Assembly (NCBI GenBank): GCA_000182565.2
Contig: KQ257458.1
DNA: 64,000 bases
Strand: one strand, 5' to 3'
Origin: Spizellomyces punctatus DAOM BR117
Taxonomy: Eukaryota
Below the pieces are notes generated by a model that worked only from the letters and a program-made list of their open reading frames with translations, made no database searches and was not told where the DNA came from. A program made the position numbers and the translations under genes. This document shows, piece after piece, positions 13,460-24,728 of the stretch; position 1 is the stretch's first letter, and every line of letters begins with the position of its first letter.

Positions 13460-14250
13460 CAAGTAAAGGGACATGATTTCCAAAAGTCAACCTTGTTTAT
13501 CGCAGTGACCGCACTTGCTTTGAGGGCCGTTGCGATTTTCTCTGTGGACCCTTCCCGCCGGCCTCGGCTTCATCGTCTCCGCTCTTGTTGAAAGTCTGGG
13601 TTTAGTTTTCGAGTTTCTTAAAATTCCCTACTACATCCACAACGCGTTTTATAAGGAATTCCAGGGTATGACTACGGAGAGGTCCTTCAATAGAAAGGAA
13701 CAGTTCCTCCAACACTTTTGGGTGCAACGCTTTGATATAGTACTCTCTCGCCTCAGAATCAGCAAGATTTATGCGAAACCTATGTTCGTCAAAAACGCGA
13801 TGAAAGGTAACGAGATCCGGAAAGTTTGCTTATCGGATACGTTCCAACTCTTGTCTATGTAGCAAGTTCTCGGCCCCATCAACAAAAAGTCGGTTCAAGA
13901 AACCAATCTCTACAAGTGATCCAATCCGTAACGGCATCTGGATGGCGTTCTTTAAATTCGTATCATTTGAGAGCGGCCATACCCTCAAGGTTTGACACTG
14001 CCAATGTCAATTGCATTTCAGCCGAAAGTTTTGAACAGTTGAGGTAGCTTCCGTGTCGCCGGATAAAGCGCGGTAGCGTTCCGTGGGGTCTGTTCCATCG
14101 AAATGAGGGAGTGCTTTGCGTAAATCTCTTGTAAAGGTCTTTACATCGTGATATTGGCCTTCTGCTTCTGCTCGTTCTAGGCGGTGGCGTTTATCCAACA
14201 ACTTTTGTTCCAGCAAGTTGAGGCGAGAATTAAATTGTTCCTCCAATTGC
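13460..14250 (-). mobile_element. Decayed retrotransposon gag (capsid plus CCHC zinc knuckle) relic
   Basis: Across frameshifts: LPHFDGTDP / RFIRRHGSYLNCSKLSAEMQLTLAVSNLEGMAALK*YEFKERHPDAVTDW / ELERIR*ANFPDLVTFHRVFDEHRFRINLADSEAREYYIKALHPKV / KCGHCDKQG-x-FWKSCP. Confidence 0.7.
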
Positions 14251-14750
14251 TTCAGCGAGCTATGATTAGATTAGTTCCACTGTTATGGCGGGTGAAGTTC
14301 CCGCTGCATCTTTTGCCGTTGACAAAAGCGACGGCTCGTTTCCTGCCTTCATGCTGACAGGCTGTGTGGTGTGCTCTGTGAGCTAGCTGATCTAATCCTT
14401 TGGATTCACTCAGCGAGTCTTCTTCCGCAATTTCACAGTCTGCCGGCGATGCGGACGTTGATCGCTATCAACAAATGTCGGCGATGAATGTTAATCTTTA
14501 TCGCACCAAGTCTCATATTCGCCCACGTCAGATCCATGTATTGTTTGTTGTCATGGTGACGAGGTGACAAATCGAGGGCATTGACTTCTCCACAGCTTTT
14601 AGTTTTTCAACACCCGACTGCATTTTCCTTTCTGCTTTTGTGGGGCAAGCTGGGATTCCGCTTTTTTGTTGTCACGTTTGAATTTGACTATTTCGAAAGC
14701 AGGAAACGCTTTATACACTTGTCTTGTTGTCCGATTCGCTGTCGTCAATC

Positions 14751-16094
14751 ATGGCTGCCGACGTGGAAACATCCTCAGTTTTTTCAGACACCGCCTCTGA
14801 CTTTTCCGACTTTTCTCGGGCGTCCACAGCGGCCACGACCGCCTCCCGAACGCATCTCTTCACCTGCCTAGCTTGCCACGTTGCCTTCCGAAGCGCCGAT
14901 GCCCAACGAGATCACATGCGGACCGACTGGCACAGATACAACCTTAAACGCAAGGTTGCCGAATTGCCACCTGTTACTGCCGAGAATTTTGCGGCTAGAT
15001 TAGAACAGCAGAAACACAAGAATGAGGAAGATGAGACCCGGAATGCGTTTGTTGCAGAGTGTATTGCCTGTCGAAAAACGTATTCCAGTCAGAATGCCTA
15101 TTCGAATCATTTGGGTAGCAAAAAGCACAAGGACGCTCAGGTGCGGTTCAACGAGTTGAAAGCAAAAGGCATAGATCCTTTGAGTCGACCCGAGAAAAAG
15201 GCGTCGAATGTGGTTTCTGGTGTTTCGAGTTCAAGTGGGTCCGCCACAGCTCCACAAAAGAATTGGAGAGCTGAGCTTGCGAATGCCACATCACAAGATC
15301 AAGTATTGGACATTCTTGCTCGAAAAGCCGAACAAGCCGAACGTCTTACGGAACTGGACTGTCTGTTCTGTTTGCATTCTGCGCAGTCTTTTGAAAACAA
15401 TATGGAGCATATGGCCAAGGCGCACAGCTTTTTCATCCCCGATATTGAGTACCTGGTTGATCTGAAAGGATTGATAAAGTATCTTGGCGAAAAGGTTGCG
15501 GTAGGACATGTATGTTTGTACTGTAATGGCAAAGGACGGGCGATGCATAGTTTGGAAGCTGTGCGCAAACACATGGTCGATAAGGGCCACTGCAAAATCT
15601 TGTACGAGGATGGCGCTGAGCTTGAGATTGCCGATTTCTACGACTTTAGCTCAACGTACCCTGATGAAGTGGCCGAGGAAGGAGAGGAAGGAGATGGAGA
15701 ATGGGAAGATGTTGAAGAGGGCAGTGACGAGAACGAAGAAGAGGAACTTGGCGATTTATCCGAGTCACTAGGTTCCATCCGTATATCACCTGACGAAACC
15801 CAACTCATCCTTCCCAGTGGAGTTCGACTGGGTCATCGCCAGTTCAACCGATTCTGGAGACAGAATCTCAAACCCGAGGATTCACGCGACTCCGTATTGA
15901 TCCATCGGTTGGTGGGACAGTATAAAATGCTGGGATACGAAGCTACGCCGTATGAACAAGCGGTTGCGGCACATCAACGACGATTGGAGGCAAAGAAGGT
16001 CTTGTATCGGAATCAAGAGTACAAGGCGAGAGTGGGGATTAAGCACAACATGCTGCAAAAGCACTTTAGATCGCAGATTGGATTTGGAGTATAG
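14751..16094 (+). CDS. REI1: Cytoplasmic pre-60S maturation factor Rei1/Reh1 (ZNF622), intronless
   Basis: FTCLACHVAF...HMRTDWHRYNLKRKVAELPP, HSFFIPDIEYLVDLKGLIKYLGEKV, HMVDKGHCK, LILPSGVRLGHR. Confidence 0.95.
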   Translation: MAADVETSSVFSDTASDFSDFSRASTAATTASRTHLFTCLACHVAFRSADAQRDHMRTDWHRYNLKRKVAELPPVTAENFAARLEQQKHKNEEDETRNAFVAECIACRKTYSSQNAYSNHLGSKKHKDAQVRFNELKAKGIDPLSRPEKKASNVVSGVSSSSGSATAPQKNWRAELANATSQDQVLDILARKAEQAERLTELDCLFCLHSAQSFENNMEHMAKAHSFFIPDIEYLVDLKGLIKYLGEKVAVGHVCLYCNGKGRAMHSLEAVRKHMVDKGHCKILYEDGAELEIADFYDFSSTYPDEVAEEGEEGDGEWEDVEEGSDENEEEELGDLSESLGSIRISPDETQLILPSGVRLGHRQFNRFWRQNLKPEDSRDSVLIHRLVGQYKMLGYEATPYEQAVAAHQRRLEAKKVLYRNQEYKARVGIKHNMLQKHFRSQIGFGV

Positions 16095-16322
16095 ACTGGT
16101 TGAATGTGGGGTTGGGGTTTGGGTTTGGGTTTGTTTTGTTTTTCGCATTTGTACATGAAGCCCATTTTACAACTTGTCGATTTTTGTTTGTGAAATTTCG
16201 GTCTTGGGGTATTACTCTAGTCTTTTGAGACTCTCTATTATATACTCTCCACATCCAACCTTATATACAAGATCACAATGCGGAAAAGTCGATACGGTTC
16301 TCCGCACTATTACATTCGGCCA

Positions 16323-16753
16323 CTATGCAACCCCATCTCGCTGTTTATCAATTTTCGCCTTGTTTTCCAGGGCCTGTCGTACGGACAATGTTGGGGGAAT
16401 CACATCTGATATACGTCCAAGGGGTGTAAGCTTATCATCTCCATGCCATACTCAGATCACACTCCCTCACCTTCCAAAAATGCCATTTCTCCATGATCAC
16501 CAACAGCCCGCGCAACATCCTTATAACTAACAATCTTTCTCATCTCCTTCTTGGTATTCTCAAAACTTTTATCAACCAAGTACTCTAAAAACATTTCGGT
16601 AGCCAATGTCGCTGCAAAGACGGCGTCATGTGAGACTGCAGATAGATCCTTGTCTTCGCGCATTATGGTTTTGACACGGGCTTGTGGGAAGGCGGTTTTG
16701 AGTGTTTGGGGAACGTGGGCGGAGGATGGGTTTGGAGAAGGTGGGTCTGTCAT
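16323..16753 (-). CDS. H2A-like histone-fold protein (Dpb3/POLE4/CHRAC1 family), 2 exons
   Basis: FPQARVKTIMRED...ATEMFLEYL...RKIVSYKDVARAV...FLE/DVIP, with one intron of about 60 nt. Confidence 0.85.
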
Positions 16754-16851
16754 TCTTGCCCCAAAGCGATCGAGAATTGTAGAGGTAATTAACGCAGGAT
16801 TTGGCTTCTGAGTGAGTATCTCCCCAGTTGGGAATTCGGACGAGGGGATCT

Positions 16852-16861
16852 GTCACGTGAC
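16852..16861. promoter_or_regulatory. Palindromic E-box GTCACGTGAC in a divergent promoter
   Basis: Perfect 10-bp bHLH-type palindrome between divergent ATGs at 16753 and 17036. Confidence 0.45.
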
Positions 16862-17035
16862 CTCGGCTTTGAACCAGCGTCGAGAACACAGGTTGAGGGT
16901 TCGTGATTTGTCGTGGCCGAGTTGGATTTTGTTTTTCCTACTTTTTGCATTGCAATTTTCTCGAGGGCTTGTTTATCGTCTGGAGCGTTCCTGTGGAGCT
17001 CTTTATTCGTCTTTCAATAATACCGGCGTCTTGTC

Positions 17036-19802
17036 ATGCCTCCACGGCGAAAACGTTCTCGAGCTGAACGTATGTTACGTTTTGCTGTGTGCGCGCGTCA
17101 AAAAGAGTTTGTTTAACGCTCGTTCTTTGCAGATTCGGACGAAAATGGCCATGAGGACACCAATGAGGAGCCAATCACTCCCGATAGCTCCGCGATAGAT
17201 CCACCATCCAATGGTGACCGCGTCTCACCAGCACCCGCCGAGCAGCCTACAGCATCTCCAACCACCTCCCCCCACACCTCACCTCAACAAGTCCAAACAG
17301 AATCACAAGCACCGAGCACCACACCTCGAAAGAGAGGTCGGCCACGAAAACAGAGCGTAACGGAACCTGAGGACAAAAAGGACCCTGAACCGGATATCGA
17401 TGACTTGTACGATGTTTTGGAAAAGTTGTTGGTAGTTCTCTCGAGGTATGTTTTCGTGTTTTCTTTACGCACTCCACTTGATATGCACTAAAGATTGGGG
17501 CTTGGACACTAGTGAGGACGAAGAAGGCTACTTTTCCCGCCCTGTCAACGTCGAGGCCGACTCAAAGTACCTCGAACTCGTCAAAAAGCCCATGGACTTT
17601 GGAACAATGGAACAGAAACTCGCTGAACGGTCCTATCGTGCTTTATGCGAGTTCCAGGTAAGCACTGGTCCTAGCGCTCGGATTTTCACGCCTCATATCA
17701 CTGACGCTCTGCAAAAAGGATGACTTTGATCTAGTCATGAAGAATGCAATGTCATATCACCCTGCCAATGACGACATTCATCAATTGGCTTTACGGTTAT
17801 GGAAATTCGGCACACGGCTGATTAATAGTCAGTATGAGCGGTTTCCAAAACATTTGACGGTTGAGCCCGATGATTCACCTTACTTCAAGACGACGAGGAG
17901 CAAGGCGAAAGCTGCGGTGCGTCTTGGGACTCGCGTTTTCGTCATTGCTTGGGGTACTATCTGACCTTTTGTATTTTGTCTATCGATTGGTTCGTTTTAG
18001 GAGGTGAAAGGTACGCTTTTCTATTCGTGCGACGGAAAGGGAAGGTTATGCTCATCTTGTTTACACAGAGCGGGTTTTCCGTCCTCAGAAATATTCATTA
18101 TGTCAGCGCGGACCAGACGGCACATTTTTCTTTTCCAGTGCACAGACCAAGCCATTGGACGATATACAACTGGGTAGGTGCAAGCTCTGAGAAGCCACTT
18201 TTCTGGAACGCGGCTAACTTGTACCCGCCAGTTGAGGATGTTGGCAAAGTCAATATCATACCCTCGTACTCTGAAGATCAAACACAAGTACCTCCGTTAA
18301 AGTCGTTGGTGCACCCTTCTTTGATTGCTGGGCGGACCCTGTCCAAAAGCCGGCACAAACGGAATGAGCCTGCGCCAGGTTTGCGTCGATCCCAAAGTAA
18401 TATCTCTTTTGACAGCAAGTTTTGACAATTACCTGTTTAGTTGAATTTGTGGAATACGGTCCGTATTACACTTTTGCTCCCATGGTCGACACATCCAAAG
18501 CCACGCTGTCCCAAGCCGAGTCCGTGAAATACCTAAAGCCGGGTCAAGTTGTTATACTGGAACCCGAAGGCGATGCGAACGAGCCACCTGTACCAGAGGT
18601 AGCGCGGATATATAGAGGAGATGAGTTGGAGGCGACAAATGGGGATGGGACGGGCTCGACAGTGGAAGTTCGCGTTGATAATCTCGAAGGCATAGAAAAA
18701 CTGGTTGATCAAGCTCGATTGGATGCGGAAGGCAAACGGATACTTGAAGATGAAGGCGTAGATCTCGAGGCTGTTTTGTCTGTTCAGGATTTGTTAAAGG
18801 AAGCTCAGGAGGGAGAATCAGATCAAGGAGATCAGGAGAAGGGGTTGGACAAGATGTCGCTGGAGGATATTTTGGCATTAAATAAGGACCTTTTGGCCGA
18901 ATTGGAAGCGATGCAGGAAGAACGGTTTGAGGAAGGGAGTGGAGAGATTTCAACGGAGGAACTGAGTATAGGTATGTGGCCAAAAACTGCCATTCTTTTA
19001 TGCAGCGCTGCCGACTGGACAATTTATGCCCTTTTTCTTCTTTTGTTGCTCAGCCAAACGGCTTTTCTGGAATCTCCATCACCTCGCCTCCCTCTCCCTC
19101 CCAGCCCACCTCCTCCCCAAGTCACTCATCTCCTCGTACATGTCCCGTCTCCGCAAATATGACCCAGCATTCAAGGGCACCCTCCCACCGCGCAAACAGT
19201 ACATTTACCCGTCCAATCTGGGCGGCAGAACCGCGTTCCCCACTAACGCAGGTACTATCCCACCGCATGCGGCTGCAAAAGATTATGTGCCCCCGCGATC
19301 CAAGGTGCTACCCACTAGTTTTGGTGGGCCGAGTTCCGGTCCAGGTGTCGCTACATCCTCAGTCATGATGACATCGTTGGAAACTAGTTTACCGCCGCTT
19401 GGCACTCCATTGCCACCCCTTAGTTCCAACCCGTACCTTCAAAACCTAAAACTTGGCACTTCGACTGGCACACCGTCGACATTTGCGGGCATGGGAGTCT
19501 CAACACCAGGTGGATTGGTCGGTACGACGCCCCTGACCAGCCTTCCCACGTCAAGTTTGTCCACTTTGGGTATGCCATATTCGAGTTTGGCTGGATTGAA
19601 TCTCTCATCTTTGGCTACGTTGAATACGTCTCTTCCCATGTCCATGACCCCTGGGTACCCATCTCCCCACGTGGCAACAACATCTGTCTTGGGGACGCCG
19701 GGAGCCGCGTTGGGAAGTCCGTCGATGGCGAGTCAAATGATGACATTTAGAGGCGGGATGATGCCCGGTTTGAAAAAGAATGGTGCCTGGAAGTTTTCCT
19801 AA
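17036..19802 (+). CDS. AT-hook plus bromodomain protein, BRD7/BRD9- or Rsc58-like
   Basis: MPPRRKRSR, AT-hook TPRKRGRPRK, bromodomain YFSRPV...YLELVKKPMDFGTMEQKL...KNAMSYH, then YGPYYTFAPMVDTSKATLS resembling the BRD7/9 post-bromo motif. Confidence 0.75.
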
Positions 19803-19994
19803 TTTGGTACTACACTAGGTTTTTTGGGATGGGTGCTCTTGTTTTTTGGCCTGTCTTGAATATACAAAGGGTTTATCTATTGTCATCCATGTGCTGCTTT
19901 GGCATCTTCTGTTGAACAGCTCTGTAAAAAAAATGCATGCCGCAATTCATAAGAAGGCAGCACATTCCACCCATTATCATGTATTACAGGACTC

Positions 19995-22900
19995 GCTATG
20001 TGCGCTCAACTGGGAGTCCTCTTTCGAACGATAATATCTCCAAAACTACAACGTAGGGCGAGTTAGGACCAACCAAGAAAAACTAACCGTACTCAAACCA
20101 ATCTCTGCTTACCTATTCCCGCCGCAACAGTAACAGGCCCAGCCCTCAACATGAACCGTCCCAATTCCTTACTATCTTTGAACGTCTCCAAACAAATCGG
20201 CCGCGATGTCTTGATTTCTACAACAGCCGTAACGTTTTTCGGTAACGCCCTAGGATTCTTTTTGATGGTTTCGCCAGTACTTTTGTTCAGCAAGGCTGAC
20301 AGTTTTGTAATGGTTGATTGTTCGGTAAGGGATTGGTGATGGAGTACCACCTGCCGACGGTCATTGGGTTAGTTCTAGTGCGGTAACATAATAGTTTACA
20401 GGTTTATATACCGGGACGCCAATGGTGAGTGGAATCTGGATATCAAAGGTAACAATCTGTGCTCGAAAGTGCGATGTAACCGCTACCGGCGCAGAGGGAT
20501 CGCACAGAATGCTCCCCACACTTTGAATTACATGGTCAGAAATGCGGTTCATCTGTAAGACTATGTGTACGACTCACTTTATATGGGCAATCTCCACACC
20601 CGTTAGACTCATGAGGACGCTATCGCCCGCAGCAGCCCATTTGACCGCTTCTTCGCTCACTTCTAGCGCTGTTAGGGATGAACATTAGATCAAGCGTGAA
20701 ACAGCAACATGCCAAATTCTCACCCACCTCGTACGGTCCCGTACTCGTTGATCGGCATTACAAGAACAACTTCTCCAACCTGTATACCCCCTGCTTCTAT
20801 TCTCCCACTGACTGATACAGCTCCTCCGCCGCCTGCGCCGATACCACCCTTAAAATAATCCGCAATCGACAGGCGAAAGGGTTTATCTACAGCCCGTTGG
20901 GGTGCCTCAAATGCATCTGGATCGCGACACAGATTAAAGTCAAAGCATATTATCAAGTCCCCATTGAGCACGTACCGATTTGTTCCACCAGTGTTGATCC
21001 ACTGTACCAAGCATTCAATTTATCGCTCTCCCGTTTTACCAAGTTTTCTCCGGTATATCCACTGGTTGGGATAAACGCGACCTTTTGCTTTCGAAATCCG
21101 ACTTGTGAAAGGAAATGGGAAAGCTTTTCTGAAATTTCGTCAAAGCGGGTCTTTGACCAATCAACCTTTGCATAAATACCCGCCTTTGGTCAAAACAACT
21201 CCCTCGTGCTGTAGGTAATAAGGAAAGAACAAACTCACCACGTCCAGCTTATTAACAGCCACAATGAGTTGCGTAACACCCAGACTTCTGAGTAAAACTG
21301 CGTGCTCTCTTGTTTGTCCACCAGAATCAAACCCAGTTTCAAATTCACCGGGTGTAGCATCGACTACCAGGATCGCTACATCAGCCTTTGACAACGTGTA
21401 TTTTAGTTGAGGTGCATGAACCATTGGTTATGCTACCAGCACGTACCTGGGCAGCTCCAGACATCATATTTGGGATAAAATCCCTGTGTCCAGGTGCATC
21501 AAGTAGAGTGAACTTTCGGTGAGGTGTGTGGAACTTGGTAATTGCTACATCAATGGTGACACCCCTAGCGTCAAGTGCGAAGACATAGTTAGCTGAACCC
21601 CGAATCTATAACATTGGTCCACTAACTACCCACCGTGTCCGCTCCTCTTCAGTTTCATCAAGAACCCAAGCGTATGCGAAAGAGGACTTTTTCATCTTCT
21701 CCGCGTCACGCTCATACTTTTTCATTGTTCGCTCATTCACTTCGCCGAGGAGATATAGTACGTGCCCCATTAGAGTACTCTTACCCGCATCCACATGTCC
21801 TGCGATACAGCGAGTTACTCAATAGGCAAGGTTCAAGCAGCGGTATGATATGTGAGAGGAAAAAGGATATCCTACCTACGACAACTAAATTTAAAGATTC
21901 CTTCTCCGCATTGCGCTTCTTGTACTCCTCAGCCACGTTGATGCGCTTGAGCTTCGGGGAGCTTCGTCCGGTACTTGAGGACGACCCCGTTCTAGCCATC
22001 GCAGGAGGCGCTAATGACGAGTTTGAACTCGAGGCGGAAACTGTTCTTGCCATTGCTGGTGGTGGTGCCAGTGTTGCCGATTTTGGGGGTGCAAGGTTCA
22101 ATCCAGAGAGATCCATCTGAAGCTGATCCATTGGCTCTGGAATGGGTTCTTGCTTCTTTCGTATTTGAGGTGTGGGTTTTGATGAGGGCAACTTGGCAGA
22201 TTTGCCAGCTGTACGTTTATTGTCCATGCCTATTAGAGATTGCGAGTGCAGTGCGGATACTTCATCATCGCAAACTACTTACAAGGTCCTATTTTTGATC
22301 TTGCTTGATTGACCACATCGTCCGGACTTGGTGCGTCAAATGCAAAAGGCGCCACGTCGTCTGCTGGTACAAAAGGGGACGACAGAAAATCATTAGAGAT
22401 GGCACTTGTTTTGTCTCCATTCTCGTGGTGTGTAAAAAACTGAGCAAAGGTCGAGGGTGCTGCAACGAGTGGGTCGTCATTTGCGTCGCTATGATGTCGA
22501 GGTTTGGAAGAGCGGAGCGGAATAGTGGTTGGCAGCCTGACGGGTTGTGACTTTGGCGTGCTGAAGGGAATTGACGTTTCGGCATCCGGTTTTCCAATTC
22601 CTGAGTTTGGGAGGGTTTTAAATGGTGTTGGGAAAACGGACAAGGGCTCCTTTGTTGACGCAGCTGGAACAGTTCCAAGAGACCCCTCAGAAGCGTTTCC
22701 CGCACTCTGAAGCGAAAATGCCGCCAGCGCCGATCGAATGGCATCTGTGCCGCTCATGATGTTTGCGGAATTTGATGCCAATTGACTCAGACCTGGGGCG
22801 TCATTGATGGATGATTTCTGAGTGGCTCCCAGTAACCCAGATGTACCCGAGAGTGATGAAAGATTGCTTAAAGACAGCGGTGTCGCCGCCATAGTATTTC

Positions 22901-24526
22901 CCAATGAGACCGAGGCCAGTGAAGATAGCGGAAGGGCCCCAGAAGGTGAACGAGTATTGCTCAACAGCGACGATAGCGATTGCGATTGTGGGACTGCCGG
23001 AACGGGAAAGGGGACAGATTTGACGGCATTCTCTGGTGCTAAACTGTTGCCAAGCACTCCAATTGCATCCCCGCTCTTTGTTAGAGAAGAAGTAGATTGA
23101 TGAAGTGATGACAAGAGGGTGCCTTGTGGCTGCAGCGGGAACAGCGAATTGGTCTGAGAGAGGTTCGAAGATGGACTTTGGAGGAGGAGTGATGACAACG
23201 GCTGTGCTTGTGACAGCGATGATACGGCTGTTTCTTTAGCTCGCTGTTCAGATGGTGGGGCACCTGCCAATCCTTGAGGAAACGCAAAAGGCGCAAGTGA
23301 CTGTCCAGACGCAGGCAGGGACGATAGCAAACTGCTGCCCAGAGAGCTTGGTGCAGGCAAGCTGCCGTACATAGAATTAGCTGAACTGGTCGCCGAAACG
23401 GCATCGTGTTTTGCTGAGGAACGCGCGTCGATGAGCCTAAAGCTGTCCGTCGGTGAGTGGGTTGTCTGACCAGCCTGTTCCTTAATATCGGGAACTGTCG
23501 TGGATGCTTGCTCCACTTGGCGTGGGCTACGGCTGGTTTCAACATCAATCGTTTTTCCGCTATCACTCTCCATCGACTCGATCCCATCCACCAACTGACG
23601 TTTTTGGGAGTTCGTTCCGGTATCCTTCAATGGGAGTTTCGAAATCTCCACCGTTACAGGATAGGCAGTGCGGAAGGCGACACCATCTTCCTCAGCTTGA
23701 ATGATCGTTAAGGTCTTGTCGGATTTTAGACCTGGACGGAATTCCAGATGTCACCGCCAGATCCTTGAAAACAACTCGTGTGATGCAAGCATTGGCGTAC
23801 TGTGCATACCCCGGATGCTTCGACAGTAATCACCAAGACGCAGACGCACCCTTCACCCACACCTTCGCACGTACTGTTAAAAGTCCTGAAGTGCTTACCT
23901 GCAATACGCGATGCTGGTTGTCGTGAATCCGATTTCAATGCAAATCCTGGCGGTGGGGCTACTGGGAAACCAGGAGGAGGAGCGATCCGCGGACCTTGGT
24001 CTAATATGCGTTAATAGAATCAGAGTTCTGTATCAAAAGTTTACGTACTATAAGCGTTGCATTATCCGTTACCGTATAGTAAATTCACAGCACGCTCAAT
24101 ATCATTGCCGCTGTCTTGCAATACATCCGATATTTGTTCGGTTGGAAAATCATCACCGACAATGTTTCTCACTTCTTCGACAAGGTTAATGGCACCTCGG
24201 GTTTCTGTAACAGGCTTCTGTTCTGTATCTATAAATGATGCCACTGTGTGTCCCCCCTGGGCTTCGTATGTGTAATCGCCTGCAGTAGGGATAAAAGTCA
24301 TTACACTGTCGTATCCCATGCCCATACAGCAGCCATTTTAGAATAGCACCGTCATCCCCCATACCGTCATATTCCTCCTCATCGTAGTAGTCGTCATCGT
24401 CATAGTCTTCGTCTAATTCATCTGAGAGAATGAACGGAATTAAGAAAACCGCTCGAAAGTGAATCTCTGCGCATAGGGTAAGATACCATCAAGATTTATA
24501 TTCCTAATGTTCCTATGCCGGGACAT
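19995..24526 (-). CDS. HBS1: Hbs1 translational GTPase with a Ski7-like cassette exon
   Basis: MSRHRNIRN start, HBS1_N/CUE-like region, [60 protein letters not shown]-terminal LGRFMLR. Confidence 0.93.
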
Positions 24527-24728
24527 CTTAAGCTCTTATTTCCTGGCACCCAACCGTTTGGCCAATCTGTGGATCTCCAACTTATCCAAAGGGTTGCTTG
24601 TGTTGCTTGCATCCTGGAGCCGTGACTCATCACAGCTGTGCCACCTGCGAGATCCTCCCTCAACCAGCGCTCGTTCGTCGTCGATTTGCCATGCGGAATC
24701 CGGCAAGCCATGAGGGCTTGGGGGTAAA

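Noticed and set aside
14547-14560. X-box-like GTTGTCATGGTGAC upstream of REI1
   Set aside because: It is a single match to a degenerate consensus, and the target gene has no obvious link to RFX.
16108-16132. Telomere
   Set aside because: Only about four imperfect GGGTTT units, internal and flanked by genes.
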